From Entomortierella parvispora E1425 (Eukaryota > Fungi > Mortierellomycota), in NCBI GenBank assembly GCA_020891255.1, contig BQFW01000011.1:1116001-1180000 (forward strand): DNA of 64,000 nt, given 5' to 3'. The notes under the pieces were generated by a model. The model had not been told where the DNA came from and did no database searches. It saw nothing but the letters and a program-made list of their open reading frames with translations. The position numbers were made by a program, and so were the translations under genes. Below, piece after piece: positions 39,981-51,806 of the stretch (within the stretch, counting starts at the first letter, position 1; each line of letters opens with the position of its first letter).

Positions 39981-40979
39981 TTACCACAAGCTAAATAGAC
40001 TGAACCCATATCGCGATCCAGGCGCCTTGCTCCCCCGATGCAACTTGTAACACTCAACAATATGCTGCCCGGCCGTTGTGGCCTTCAGCTCATTGCAGAA
40101 AGCAACCGCCTCTGGCCTCAAGTTGTCCTTCTTGGGGATCCAGGCACCGTAGCCGTCCTCCTCATTTACGCCAACGACTAAGCCGCCCAGGCTCGCAAGT
40201 GTCAAGTCTGCAGCCGTGAATTGGTTCCCAATTAAATACGCTGGTCCAGGTGGGCCCGACTCAAGAACTCTTGAGATTTGCTCAAACTCCCGCTTCAGGA
40301 TATCCTTGGACCGCATAGCCGAGACGTCATTGATATGAAGAAAGTTGACCAGGATCCATCGAATCAAAGGGAAGAACAGTGTCCAAATCAAAACTTGTAG
40401 AGGTCCTGCATTCTCATGTTGGCCCATCGATCGGCCCACGGAACTTGGACTCTTGAGCAAGAGTTCATAATACAAGTAGCGTCGGATGTGAGGACCGATC
40501 ATCTTGTCGAACCGTTCTTCCAGAGACAAGATCTTGGTCGCCGTCGCTTCATCGTCCGTGTAAAGATTCATGGGTGCTGCCTCTGCCGTTGCATCGTCCA
40601 TGGTCTTCGGTGAGGCGGCGTACTGGTTTGACAAGAACTGCATAATCTTCGTAGAGTTGTTCAGGATAATGGCCTCAATTGGAGCCGAGGCTTGTGCGGA
40701 TTCGTTGAGTGGTGTCGCTGTGAGGTGAGGGGTTACAAATTTGGTGCCGCCGCCAGTCGTGGGGCGCTCCTTGGCCCGGTGATTAAACATAGAGAAGATA
40801 TGGCAGATTGGCAAGGAACGGTATTCTACATAGGGGACTTTGTAGTAGTCCAAAGCCCAGCGAGCTTTTTCGTTATAGTGCGAGAAGGAGATGGATCGAA
40901 GGACGAAACTCAGGTTGGCCTTCTTGCTCTGGTCGGCAGTGGAGGTACCAGTGATCTCTGGGGCAGATGCGGCGGTCAT
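39981..40979 (-). CDS. Glutathione S-transferase-like protein, 332 aa, intronless
   Basis: GST-N motif ISFSHYNEKARWALDYYKVPYVE; GST-C motif YLIGNQFTAADLTLASL. Confidence 0.8.
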   Translation of the reverse strand: MTAASAPEITGTSTADQSKKANLSFVLRSISFSHYNEKARWALDYYKVPYVEYRSLPICHIFSMFNHRAKERPTTGGGTKFVTPHLTATPLNESAQASAPIEAIILNNSTKIMQFLSNQYAASPKTMDDATAEAAPMNLYTDDEATATKILSLEERFDKMIGPHIRRYLYYELLLKSPSSVGRSMGQHENAGPLQVLIWTLFFPLIRWILVNFLHINDVSAMRSKDILKREFEQISRVLESGPPGPAYLIGNQFTAADLTLASLGGLVVGVNEEDGYGAWIPKKDNLRPEAVAFCNELKATTAGQHIVECYKLHRGSKAPGSRYGFSLFSLW

Positions 40980-41180
40980 GGCGGCCAATTTGAGGATGGG
41001 ATGAGTTGAGTCGAAGAGTAGATGAGTTGGAGCAACGGTCAGAGTGAAATAAGGAAGATGTCCCTGCGAGAAGGCGCGATCGCAAATGCTGCACATCTGA
41101 CTTTTCTTTGTCTCCCAAAAAAATAATGTCCCCTCGCTCTTTCACTCCTTTCTCTCTCCGCCTTCGTCATCGCCACTACC

Positions 41181-42520
41181 ATGCCCCCAGTCCGTGTACT
41201 CTCCCTCAATCAGGTTCACGTCGCCCTTGACGCTCTCGACACAGAAGACATCCTCGCCAGTCAGGCAAAGGCATTCCATTCTTACAGGTAAAGCTCCTGT
41301 GCTCCTGGTGTAGTATTTTCATTCCTCTCCATCAATATCCGTCTTCTCTCTCAGCTTCGTCTCTGTGTTGACAGCCTCTGACAATCGTTTGTAGCGCAAA
41401 TCAGACCCAAACCCCCCAGCGGTCAACTCTTCAAACCGATAATCACAGCACCTTAATCATGCCATCTCGTATCGATACCCAAACCTCCGTCATCAAGGTC
41501 GTATCCGTTCCCAAGAAGGACTCCAAGAATGGCTTACCAGGTGTAACCTTGGTCATGGATAATGAAACGGGAGAGCCTCGGGGATTGGTCAATGCCCGAC
41601 TCTTGACTGCCTTAAGAACAGCAGCTGGATCAGCACTAGCTACACGAGCAGTCTTTAGCGCCAAATACAACAACGACAACAACAAGGGGAGGGAAGGCCA
41701 TGTTAACTATGGGGAAAGGAGCTTGACCCTGGTCATTTTTGGATCCGGAGCGCAAGCCAAAGCCCATATCCAGTTGTTGATCCACATCTTGCCCCAGATC
41801 AAGACCGTGGTCATCTGCAACAGAACTCTGCCCCGAGCCCAAGAATTAATTCAAGAGCTGGCTCCAAAGTACAACCAGCAGGTCGATTTCTGGGCTTTTA
41901 GTATCAGCACAGGAGAATCTACGCCAAGGGCGATGACGACAATTACGATGGCAGTCAATTCTTCTATCCCACAACAACATGAACCAACTCTGGAGCTCAT
42001 TGTGTCATCAGCTGACATCATTTGCACCTGCACCAATTCAAAGGAGGCGTTGTTCAAAGGCGATTGGGTTCAACCAGGAACTCATATTAACATGGTGGGC
42101 TCGTTCAAACCCGACATGCACGAGGTCGACCAGACCCTGATCCAGCGCGCATTCACTATGGTCGACGCAAGAAGGGAATGCGAAGAAGAGGCTGGAGAGC
42201 TGATTTTGGCCAGAAAGGAGTCGGGCTATGACGGCATCTTGGCGGAGCTTGGTCAACTCTTTGATGAGCAGGGTACGCTAGATGTGCAGAAGATTCCTTC
42301 CGAGTTTGGAAGTCTGACATGGACAGCGTCTTCGCTGGGACAGCCCCGATCGCCTATTGCAACTGTAGCGTCAAAATCCATGTCGGCGTCCACAATGATC
42401 TCTTCCAAAGACGTCTCAATCTTCAAGAGTGTGGGGATTGCTGCCCAGGATGTAGCTATAACCGCATTGGTCCTTGACAAAGCAGAGCTGATGGGGCTGG
42501 GCAATGTGGTTGATATTTAA
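41181..42520 (+). CDS. Ornithine cyclodeaminase / mu-crystallin (ketimine reductase) family, 410 aa
   Basis: Exons 41181-41287, 41395-42520. IKVVSV, LTALRTAAGSALA, IFGSGAQA (Rossmann), ADIICTCT, GTHINMVGSF, IFKSVGIAAQDVA. Confidence 0.9.
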
Positions 42521-42672
42521 TGAGTGAAGAGGTCAATCTCATCATTACAATTGCAGATTCTTTTGGCGCATGGCGAGCCTTTGTTGTAGTGCCTCCTTGA
42601 TCTTTTTAATATAACATTGGCGAGCAGTTCTCTCTGTCCCCGAGGACCTTTTATTGTGCGCAAACGCTCTAG

Positions 42673-42894
42673 CTATTGCCGTACTACTCCAATATGCTCG
42701 CCTGTGCGAACAAGAGTTTCGAGACCATTTTGGGAATGCTCTAGAAGATCACTGTCGAACTGCACAGCACCTTTCTTGAACAGCAAGATGCAGGTTGAGC
42801 CACCGTATGCGAAATAACCCAACTCGTCGCCTTTCTTGAATGTGTTTCCAACATCCTTTGCACCGGTCAACGCGATCGAGCCGACTAAATAACG

Positions 42895-42925
<31 letters not shown>

Positions 42926-44484
42926 ACTACGTCTGAGCGAAGACAAAAAATAGTTCATCATTGAAATCACTTTTGAGCAGCTTTCTTTACCTAACAAAGC
43001 CCCAACTGCCACAAAAACCGCATGATCAAATGCAGCGTTTCTCTGGCCCTGCTGTCCCTGTTCTAAGTTGATCACATTTACCACGCGAACATTCTCTGTG
43101 AAGACATTCAAGTTCTCATTCACAGCCATCGGGTTCACAGTGAAATAGGTGCCTCCGATCTTGACCGGCTCTTTGGCGACAGATCCCTGCACAGGACTAT
43201 GGAATCGGTGGTAATCCTGAGGTGCTAATCGAAAAATGGCAATGGATCCACCATCAAAAGCCTGAGCCATTTCCTGATCCTGAAGTAAGTTCTCCAGGGT
43301 GAAAGCCTGTCCTTTGATCCAAACTTTCGTCGCTGCGTCGATCGAGTCAAAGACACAAAGTCGACTATCGGCGGCGGATGTGATAACATTCTAGGGTAGA
43401 TTATAAACCAACATTGATTAGCTAGGTCTTCCAGTTCACCACCACAACAGATGAATCATCTCGACTATTTTGTCTACCCCGTCATCCTTGTCAGCAATTT
43501 CGCGTGCTCCTTCTTTCAGTTTTCGGTAAAAGAACGCGTTGAAGCACTCGTATTGGGATAAGTCCTGGACCAACAGCTCGGTTAGATCTATTTTGTAGGT
43601 CTTGATAAAGTGCGAAATGTATGACACAGACTCTGGCGCATCAAAATGTCGCCCTTGATTCAATGATTCCTCAGAGAACAGGTGCTGCAGCCTGTGAGTT
43701 TCCAACACTAATGAGGTATTAAGAAGAGACATCGAAAGAGCATGAGGGACATACAATCCTAGGTCTTCTCGCATTCAGGCTGCTACTAACAAATCACCAT
43801 AAAGTTCATACATCTGCGATCAACCATGGTGGCAAAAAGAAGGTGCATGCCAATACGAGTGTAGACCGGCATGTCCTCCCATATGGTCGCAGAAGTCTAC
43901 ACGATCACATCATAAACCAGATATTAGAGGATGGCATCTGAGCTCCATCCATGCATCATACTTCTTACCTGCCGGTTCGAAATAACATAGTTTCCAAAGT
44001 GATGCTGCGTATAGACCTCATGCACCCAGTGAACAGGGTGTACATTCGGGTACCAGAATGCATGGTTGGCGCTCGTCAAAATGCCACCGGTGACTACAAC
44101 CGTATATCATTATCGAGGGAGAGAAAGAGAGAGAGAGAGAGTCAGTTTTCTCCTGTTTTCCCACGATGCAAGCTCATGAAATTTCTGCTTTGTCGATCGG
44201 ATTTTGTTCTTTGCTTGAGGGAGAAAAAAAAACTTCAGCGATCAACCCTTACAGAGTTCAGAGGGGTTGGCGACAGCTGACCGAAAAGAATGCGCCAGGT
44301 CCATGAGGTGTTTCTCAGTTGTGGCCGTGAGCGTATGTCCAGTAGATGGAATTTCTCCCCCGTTTGTGCTTGACAGTTCCTGCTGCTCCTCCTCCTCCAT
44401 CTCCTCTTCCTCCTCCTCTTCCTGCTGCTCCTCCTCTTTCTGCTGCGGAAGTCTTTGCTGAAGGTCTTGTTGTTGGTCACTCAT
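42673..44484 (-). CDS. PSD2: Phosphatidylserine decarboxylase proenzyme (PSD2-type catalytic region, no C2 domains), 427 aa
   Basis: Exons 44484-44253, 44093-43969, 43896-43812, 43707-43478, 43390-42991, 42884-42673, all phase-compatible. FNAFFYRKLK, SAADSRL, FRLAPQDYHRFHSP, autocleavage motif FAYGGST. Confidence 0.88.
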
Positions 44485-44752
44485 TCTTTTATATGATAGT
44501 TTGGGTGTAGAAAGGCAAAGGTTTATGTGTGGTGTGTTTGAAGAAGAAAGGAATAAACCAAAAAAAAAAAAAAAAAAATCCAACTGCGCGTGACTTCATG
44601 TTCGGCATGTTTGGAATCTGACCAGCGCCCTCAACCCCTTGCTCCTCTGTTTTGAATTCAACGTGGTATATTGCGATAGATAGAAAATAGATACACGGTG
44701 GGCTACTTCCACTGTTGGCGACAAAATTAGGCAGCAGAGCAGTTGAGAAGGT

Positions 44753-47239
44753 CTAATTGCAGCTGCAGGCACCAGGATAGCACCCAACACAAGACGTCGA
44801 GTGGATATTAGCCGTCTTCAAGATCAGGTTCACAATTGAGAACGTCCCCTCACCAAGCACAAAGCCCGATGCGATAATGATAATAAAAACTCTGCCAAGC
44901 TTGGCATACTTGGCTGTGGGGTGGCTTGCGTATCTCTTGCAATGCCAATCCCACCAGAGAGAGACTACCCCTCCTACAAAACGTGCCAGTGTGAAGTTGG
45001 GTAGGTTATACATGCCAATGGCAAACGCGATACCGGATGGAATCCAACCCACCCAACGAGGACGACCCTGTGTCGAACCATTGCGACTGCGAGACTTGAG
45101 GAAGGCCACATCAGAATAGACGACTGTGATCAGAGTCAAGAGGCCAAAAAACGCCGCAAACGACCAAATGAAAGGAGTTGTGTTGTAAGGTAACGAATGG
45201 CCATTGACTAAATGAGCAAGGTCAAGCCAGACCTTCGCAGTCGGGACCGCAAACTGGGGACCGGGCAACTCATATGCGTGCGAGTACAGCTTGTAGACTC
45301 CAGTCGAGATAAACACAGAAGCAACGGATCCGATTAATTGTCCGTAGAACTGGGCCCTGGGCGATGCACCCAGCAAATGTCCAGTCTTGAGATCCTGCAT
45401 CAAATCACCTGCCTGTTGAGCTCCAGCCTCGGCAATTCCTCCTGCAATCAGATTGGCGACGATACCTCCAGGGACAACACCAGCAAAGACAAACTGAGAG
45501 ACTTTGCCAATTCCACTGACAGGGTTCAAGTCAGTTGATCCCAAAGCCCGAACTCCCAAAACGGAAAGCAGGCATCCCAGAACGACGGCAAGCAATGTGG
45601 CGTACACAGGCATGCGTTCATGTCTGAAGACGACCCAAATCAAAAGCAGACACAGCGCAGAGGACAGGAGCAACCCACAGACCCAAAGCTTTAAAGGAAC
45701 CAGCTGATCAATAGGCGCGTCCTCCTCATCCTCATCCTCATCCTCCTCGCTGAAAGCATCAATCTCAGCGCCAGTTTGGGCAGCCGAAGCCTCCAGGGCG
45801 GCGCGACGTTCTACACGACGCTTATTACGGACACTTCGTCGGTGATGTGCGATCAAAGAGAGGACAATGACACCCAACAGTGAAACCACGGCTTCGGCAA
45901 TCATGACTCCAAGCGAAATCCAGAGGATCCATCCACGTGCACCATTGGTCGAGCTTCCGACGGATCCCGTAACCCACTTCTTGTTCGTGACAACGGGCGA
46001 GAGGATGGCCCAACCGACTACACATCCAAGAAGCATCGAGGCCGTTGTAGGAAAACCCATGATGACCCCCTGACCAACGTAGCTGAGAGATGGAGTCAAA
46101 TACCATTGCCAGGTACTGGCAACAGTGACCGTCATGCCAGAGAGCCAGTCAAAGATGGGAACGGTAGAAACCACTGGGAAGAAATACTGCAGAATCGTGT
46201 AGATGGCCGAGGCGGTGAACGAGAGTCCCAACGCCCACATGTTCAGACGCCAGTTCTCTTCCTGGACAAAATCCTGACTGAGAGTAAACCGCTCGCCGTT
46301 CTCGCCTCTGATTTCGACGATCTCTTTGTCCCGAGGGTCCTTTTCCTGGGGATCAAGATCTTCTCTACCGACATAGTCTGCGGGCGCAATCTGGCCTAGT
46401 GGCTGTTGTGGAGGAAACTCGTCCAAAGTGTGGGATCGGATAGGTGGCTTAGCATCTGCACCCAGAGCCTGCTCCTCGTCGCCATCAGAGATAACAACAC
46501 GGCGCTTGCGCAATCCGTCTGAGCCGTGAAAGGAGTCAGTGTCGTTCGACTGGGCTTTGCGCACGGGTCCGCGAGTGACCAAGGGGACATTGTGCAGGAC
46601 ACCAATCATTTGAGCTGTAGCTGTTCCTGAGGGGAAAGGCAGCTTCTCCTTGATCACAACCTGTGTTCTAAGAGGAACTGCAATAAAAACCCCGAAGAAG
46701 GCAATTGCCAGACTCCAGAGAATCATTTGGCCGGCAGAGAGGAACAAGGGCCCACCTGCATGGAAGCTGTTGGCCGGGTTGTCTTTGATGTCCAGCATTT
46801 GCAGCGCAGGAATGATACCGACGAATCCAGCGGCCAAGGGCATGGTTCCTGTTGCGACAGCTACCGATTGAAGGACAATATTTTCAGCGGGTCCAAAGGG
46901 GATCTTGAGATATCTCTTGGCGGCCTTGAAGAGTGCAAATCCGAGCAGGGAAGACTGAAGTGACATCATTGAGATCCAGCCGGTTTGTAGTCCAAAGTAC
47001 ATATTGGTAAAGCAAAGCAAGGTGCCGATGAAGATGCCCACAATGACCGCTCGCCACTACAAAATGTGACTGATGTTAGCGGGGTCTTTCAAGTTTTCTA
47101 AGGTGGATGCTTCTCGCTGTCTTACAGTAAAGTGAGGAAGATCTTGCTGCGCATGGTCATGATGGATGTGATGTTGTTGCTGGTCAGGGGTTGGTAGCTG
47201 TTGCTCTTCTAGCTTCGTGCTTTGGTGCTCCTCCTTCAT
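44753..47239 (-). CDS. OPT-superfamily oligopeptide transporter (YSL/YGL114w-like clade), 805 aa
   Basis: Exons 47239-47126, 47056-44753. FT|WRAVIVG, NMYFGLQTGW, LPFPSGTATA, DLNPVSGIGK, QQAGDLMQDLKTGHLLGASPRAQF; many TM segments. Confidence 0.92.
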
Positions 47240-49133
47240 AGTGCGTAGATAGTCTCAAAAAGAGAGGGTTTGCAGAAGGCAAGATGGGTAGGAAGAGAAA
47301 CAGCGCAAAAAAAGAAAAGGGGGGGGGGGCGACTTTTTTTTGGAAGTGACAAGAGAAAAGACCGAGATTGGACAAGCCCTGTCATTTTATACCGGGTGCC
47401 GTTGCGTCTGTCCATGTGCAAATCACGCAAGACTGACCGAGGGAAGAAGAGAGGGCGGCGACTGGTTCATTACCCTTATCTGTCTAAAAGTTTTGTCCAG
47501 GCGAATGCAAACAAGTCAAAGCAAGCAAAAAAAAAAAAGGCATCCGTGAGCACTGAACAGGTGTCAGTGTCGCACGCACCCCTCTGCGCAACTTGTTTCC
47601 TTCTTTTGGATTGGAAAAATTGCTGTCCTGGATCTGGATCTGAGACGAACAAGCACTTCCGTTCTTCGTTCTCGGATCAATAATAATAGCTTTCTCACTT
47701 TTTTTTACTCCGAAAGGCTGGCGAAACCAGATACGGCGGGAGTAGCAAGATGGATGGAGGAAAATGAAAAAATATGAATTGAGACGAGAAATGGCGTCTT
47801 CGGCACGCGAGAATGGTTCTATCCCTCCGCCCTCTGTGTCATAAAAAAAAAAACGGCTAAAAGAACCTTGTTCTTGAGGACACTACGCAAAAGAGGATGG
47901 ACCAAACCTGCGTTTGCGTTTGCATGCCATTTGGCCAACGAATAGCTCAGACCTACAACAGAAGCGGATAAAGAAAATTTTCGAGAGGCGCTGACCCAAG
48001 GAAACACTTCTGTTGTCAGAAGCTCTTGTTTGCGGCAGGTTCTACATCGTACTGTAGTCGACAGCTGACCGGGGAGGAAGGACCACCAACCCCTCCCCTC
48101 GTTTTGACCACTTTGGGCTGTGGCTTCTATTTCTCCAGGGGAGAAGTAGGAGTTTCCTCAGTATGGAGTTGCGGAGGTCGTTCCATTCAATGCGAGAGAA
48201 CTGGCGTCAACACAGTTCTAAACAGACGAACACACCAGCGACCACAGTAATGTAAGGCGATCATGCAAAAGGCACCATATTCGCGGCTACTCTTGGATTT
48301 TTACAGTAGAAACAGCCTACTGTTTTCTCTCTCTCTCTCCATCTTTTTTTTTCTATGATCGATGCTGTATCACAGAGCAGTGCTCTTGAACCTGCCCTGA
48401 ATCCATCCTGGATCGGCCGTACCCCCATCCAACCTTGCATCCTTGCAACTTCCACAAGATGGAGGTGATGATGTAGAGATAAGCCACCAAGAGTGCAATC
48501 CGCCCAAAGTCGGTTCTTGACACGTTGATCTATTAAAGCAAGGCGTGAGTTCTAGCTTCTATTTTCAATGTCCAACAGCCACACACGGCCACTAACAGCT
48601 ACATGTGTAGGCTGCAATCCCAATCTGCGGGGGTGAAGCGGTCGACAAATTTGACCAGGTTATAATTGGCGGGTGTCAAGCAAGATTTTCATTCTCCATA
48701 AACATGTTTTAGGACGCGACGAGTGGAACTCGAGCATCATACAAAGCTGAGGTGTTGATCAAGTTTTCCAGCAGTTGCTGCGGTCGTCAATTCGAATGGA
48801 CGAATGTAGAAGGATGCGACTGTTGTCGGCCTGTCTCATCCTGGCCAACAAAAAGAACACAATAGGAGTTTCCCCTTTCGAACAAAGACTGGAATGGAAG
48901 AGGGCGAAAGGGGAGATCACCAAATACGCGCCCCTATTATTCACAAGGCGAGTGAAAGGGTGGGGCAGAATTCTTCGCACCTATCTTTCCTTGCCCATCT
49001 TTCCTTCCATTCTCTTCATCAAAAACGAACCTCCATCCAACACCAACAAAGAGGTTCGTCATTCACACTGATTTTTTATGTGCTCCAACTTTCTTTGTCT
49101 GATATCTCTGCGCACTTTTTATCCCCGATAGTG

Positions 49134-51806
49134 ATGACGATGACTGTTGAGAAGGCAACCCCAATGCCATGTGGGTTTGCTCCACATTGCTCAAACTCGG
49201 CGTTGTTAGGGACGCCTACACCAGCGACGGCCTTTTCAGCACGCTCTCCGGCCCAAAGGTCTTGCAATTTCCCCGGTTATAACCGTATCAAAGGCGGCAG
49301 CATCTGGTTTTCACGCGTCGCTGTTTACGGGATGCTCGCATTCATTGCTTTCCTCTTTGCCGATGTCGAGCGCCTGATCATGTATCATTATGACCACCTT
49401 TTACCAATATCCTCTTCTACGGTTCCCGCCTCTTCGCTGCCTCAGCTATCATTGTACACCACCACTTCAACCTATCGATCCATTGCTTGCAAGGGTGGTC
49501 ATCATCGGTCAAGTCACGAGCAGGAATGTAATCAAGAACAAGGCTACAATGGCGACGATGAACGTCAAAGACGAAAAACACCCGCCTATCTGATGAGAAG
49601 AAGAAACGGCCTGATGCGAGTTCAAGAGCTGGAACGGGAGGGACAGTCGGAGAGAAGTCGACTCCAGCGGCGAGGAATGGGCTTTATGCCAATCATCTTT
49701 TGCCATGCTACTCCATCGCCAGATAAAGTGGATAATCCCGCGAAGGAGCTGAATGATAAGGATAACAAGCCTGCCCCTGAACAAGAGATTAACTTCCCAC
49801 GGTTGAAGCGGATGGAGAAGGTAAAGAGGGGGAATATCCCGCAGCCGCAACTTATGAGGCGTGCTCTCCCGGGGTTTCGGACTGGTAGCCAACACGACTT
49901 GTCCGAAAATGACAAAGAGGAGGATGAACAAGGGTTTGTTTACCTTGGCGAGTCGGAGAACACGCAAGGACCGAAAGGCGACGATGAGTTTGTCAAACGG
50001 CAGTATTCACAAGCGATTTATAGTTTTGGAGACTTTTATCTCTATGATCAAAAGTCGCGTCACGTCCTTGGATTCAACGAAGAGAAAACTCCATCTACTG
50101 AACAGGCTGTGCTCTCGTCTGGCGATGTGGTCGACTCTGGCGAACCTCAGGAACCACAATATCCCTTATCTACCCCAGCGGCATTCTCACAGAAGCGATT
50201 CCTTATGGTCGATATGAAATTGGAAGAAGGCATCAGTGAGGTCAGGACGGCGTTAGAGCACGCCGTCTTTGCAGCCCGATTGACTGAACGAACTTTGGTC
50301 TTGCCCCCGTTCCTTTACTTTCGGGGCTGTGTAAACAAGGTACTCTGCCGGGGATCTCCGTTCCAAGAAGTAGCACTTCGACCGTTCACACACTTTCCAG
50401 TTCGTGGAGATGAGATTGTGAACAGCACAAGAAAACTGCAGCCGCGGTACGCTGTCCCTTTTGAGAGGATTTACGATATACCTAGACTGCGAGAGTATAT
50501 CGACGTTGTTTCTATGGAAGATTGGGTTCAACATATGATCCAACAGCAAGAAGAGGGTGCAGGAAGACCCGGAGTGGACTTTACCACAATTTCAGGCCTG
50601 CAATGGCTCGAGGAAAAGGGTCAATTTCATTTCTCGTCTGCATACCATCAAGAGCTTCTGGATCAGTTTTTTGATCCCTCTGTCCAACCCTCACTGACCC
50701 TCAAGGTTAACATTCATCGATACCTTTATCGAGATGAGCCATTCGTTGTCAACGCGAATCCACAGCTGTTTCATACCCGACCTGGGGCGCTCTATGGCCA
50801 CGATAAATCCCCGAGCCGAAGTCTGAACGGCACTAGAAGTTGGAAAGTGAGCGAACTACCGTTTACGGGCTTCAAGGAGTCATTCGGACCACAGAATGAA
50901 ACTGTGGCGTCAAAGCAAGTCCTTCTCTTCCAAGGTGGGATAACTGCGTTTGAACAGCAGATGATGGTCTTCGAGTCTGAATCTGCGCGTGCAGATTTTG
51001 AACAAGTGTCCATGCACTGGGTTCGATACTCGGCCGAGGTCCGTAGGGTGGCCGAACAGTTGGTCAGGAACCTGGTCTTGAAGACTGGAGGCCGCAATTA
51101 TCTTGCAGTCCATTACCGACGTGGCGAGGAATTCTTGAGAGCCGAGATCCCAAAGTCAAGTCATACCAACATGGGGTGGTACCGAAAGGGACTGGGAACG
51201 AGAGACCTGAGCGGTCCAATGCTGAGAGTCACCAGCTTCCTCATGAATGACAGGACGATCGCCAAGTTTGACATCCAAGATTTCATGCAAGATAGTACGG
51301 ATATCGATGAAACCAAAGGACGGGCTCAAGAGCAAACCAAAGCAATTCTTGAATTGCAAGCCAAGATCTCCAGTCCATCGTATGAAGGAACACGAGAACG
51401 AAACTTTTACTTGGCAACAGACGAGCGCGACGAAGTCACTCTCCAGCAACTTCGAGATCAAGGTGCCATTGTGCTTGCGGACTTGATGGATGACCCATAC
51501 TTTTTAAAGGATAACCTGGACTGGATGGGCTTCCCAGACTGGTTTGCATATCTGGACCAATTGATCTGCGTCAAGGCGCGTCAGTTCTGGGGATCACCTA
51601 TGTCGGTGTTCTCTGGTAGTATCATCAACCAGCGGATCGGCCACGAGAGAAGCAAGAGGCGACGCAGACAGATGGCGCAACGGGATGGACAGAAACCGTC
51701 AAAAGAAGATTTGAGGCAGGAACTAGAGCGGCAGCGCAGTGATGGCAGTGGCAACGGATGGTTGTATCGACCACCGCCAATGCAATCTCGGTATGAGGTT
51801 GTCTGA
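49134..51806 (+). CDS. Second O-fucosyltransferase-family type II membrane protein, about 890 aa, intronless
   Basis: TM VAVYGMLAFIAFLFA; RFLMVDMKLEEG...RTLVLPP; YLAVHYRRGEEF; FYLATDE; LDQLICVKA..FWGSPMSVFS. Probable start ATG 49134. Confidence 0.75.
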   Translation: MTMTVEKATPMPCGFAPHCSNSALLGTPTPATAFSARSPAQRSCNFPGYNRIKGGSIWFSRVAVYGMLAFIAFLFADVERLIMYHYDHLLPISSSTVPASSLPQLSLYTTTSTYRSIACKGGHHRSSHEQECNQEQGYNGDDERQRRKTPAYLMRRRNGLMRVQELEREGQSERSRLQRRGMGFMPIIFCHATPSPDKVDNPAKELNDKDNKPAPEQEINFPRLKRMEKVKRGNIPQPQLMRRALPGFRTGSQHDLSENDKEEDEQGFVYLGESENTQGPKGDDEFVKRQYSQAIYSFGDFYLYDQKSRHVLGFNEEKTPSTEQAVLSSGDVVDSGEPQEPQYPLSTPAAFSQKRFLMVDMKLEEGISEVRTALEHAVFAARLTERTLVLPPFLYFRGCVNKVLCRGSPFQEVALRPFTHFPVRGDEIVNSTRKLQPRYAVPFERIYDIPRLREYIDVVSMEDWVQHMIQQQEEGAGRPGVDFTTISGLQWLEEKGQFHFSSAYHQELLDQFFDPSVQPSLTLKVNIHRYLYRDEPFVVNANPQLFHTRPGALYGHDKSPSRSLNGTRSWKVSELPFTGFKESFGPQNETVASKQVLLFQGGITAFEQQMMVFESESARADFEQVSMHWVRYSAEVRRVAEQLVRNLVLKTGGRNYLAVHYRRGEEFLRAEIPKSSHTNMGWYRKGLGTRDLSGPMLRVTSFLMNDRTIAKFDIQDFMQDSTDIDETKGRAQEQTKAILELQAKISSPSYEGTRERNFYLATDERDEVTLQQLRDQGAIVLADLMDDPYFLKDNLDWMGFPDWFAYLDQLICVKARQFWGSPMSVFSGSIINQRIGHERSKRRRRQMAQRDGQKPSKEDLRQELERQRSDGSGNGWLYRPPPMQSRYEVV

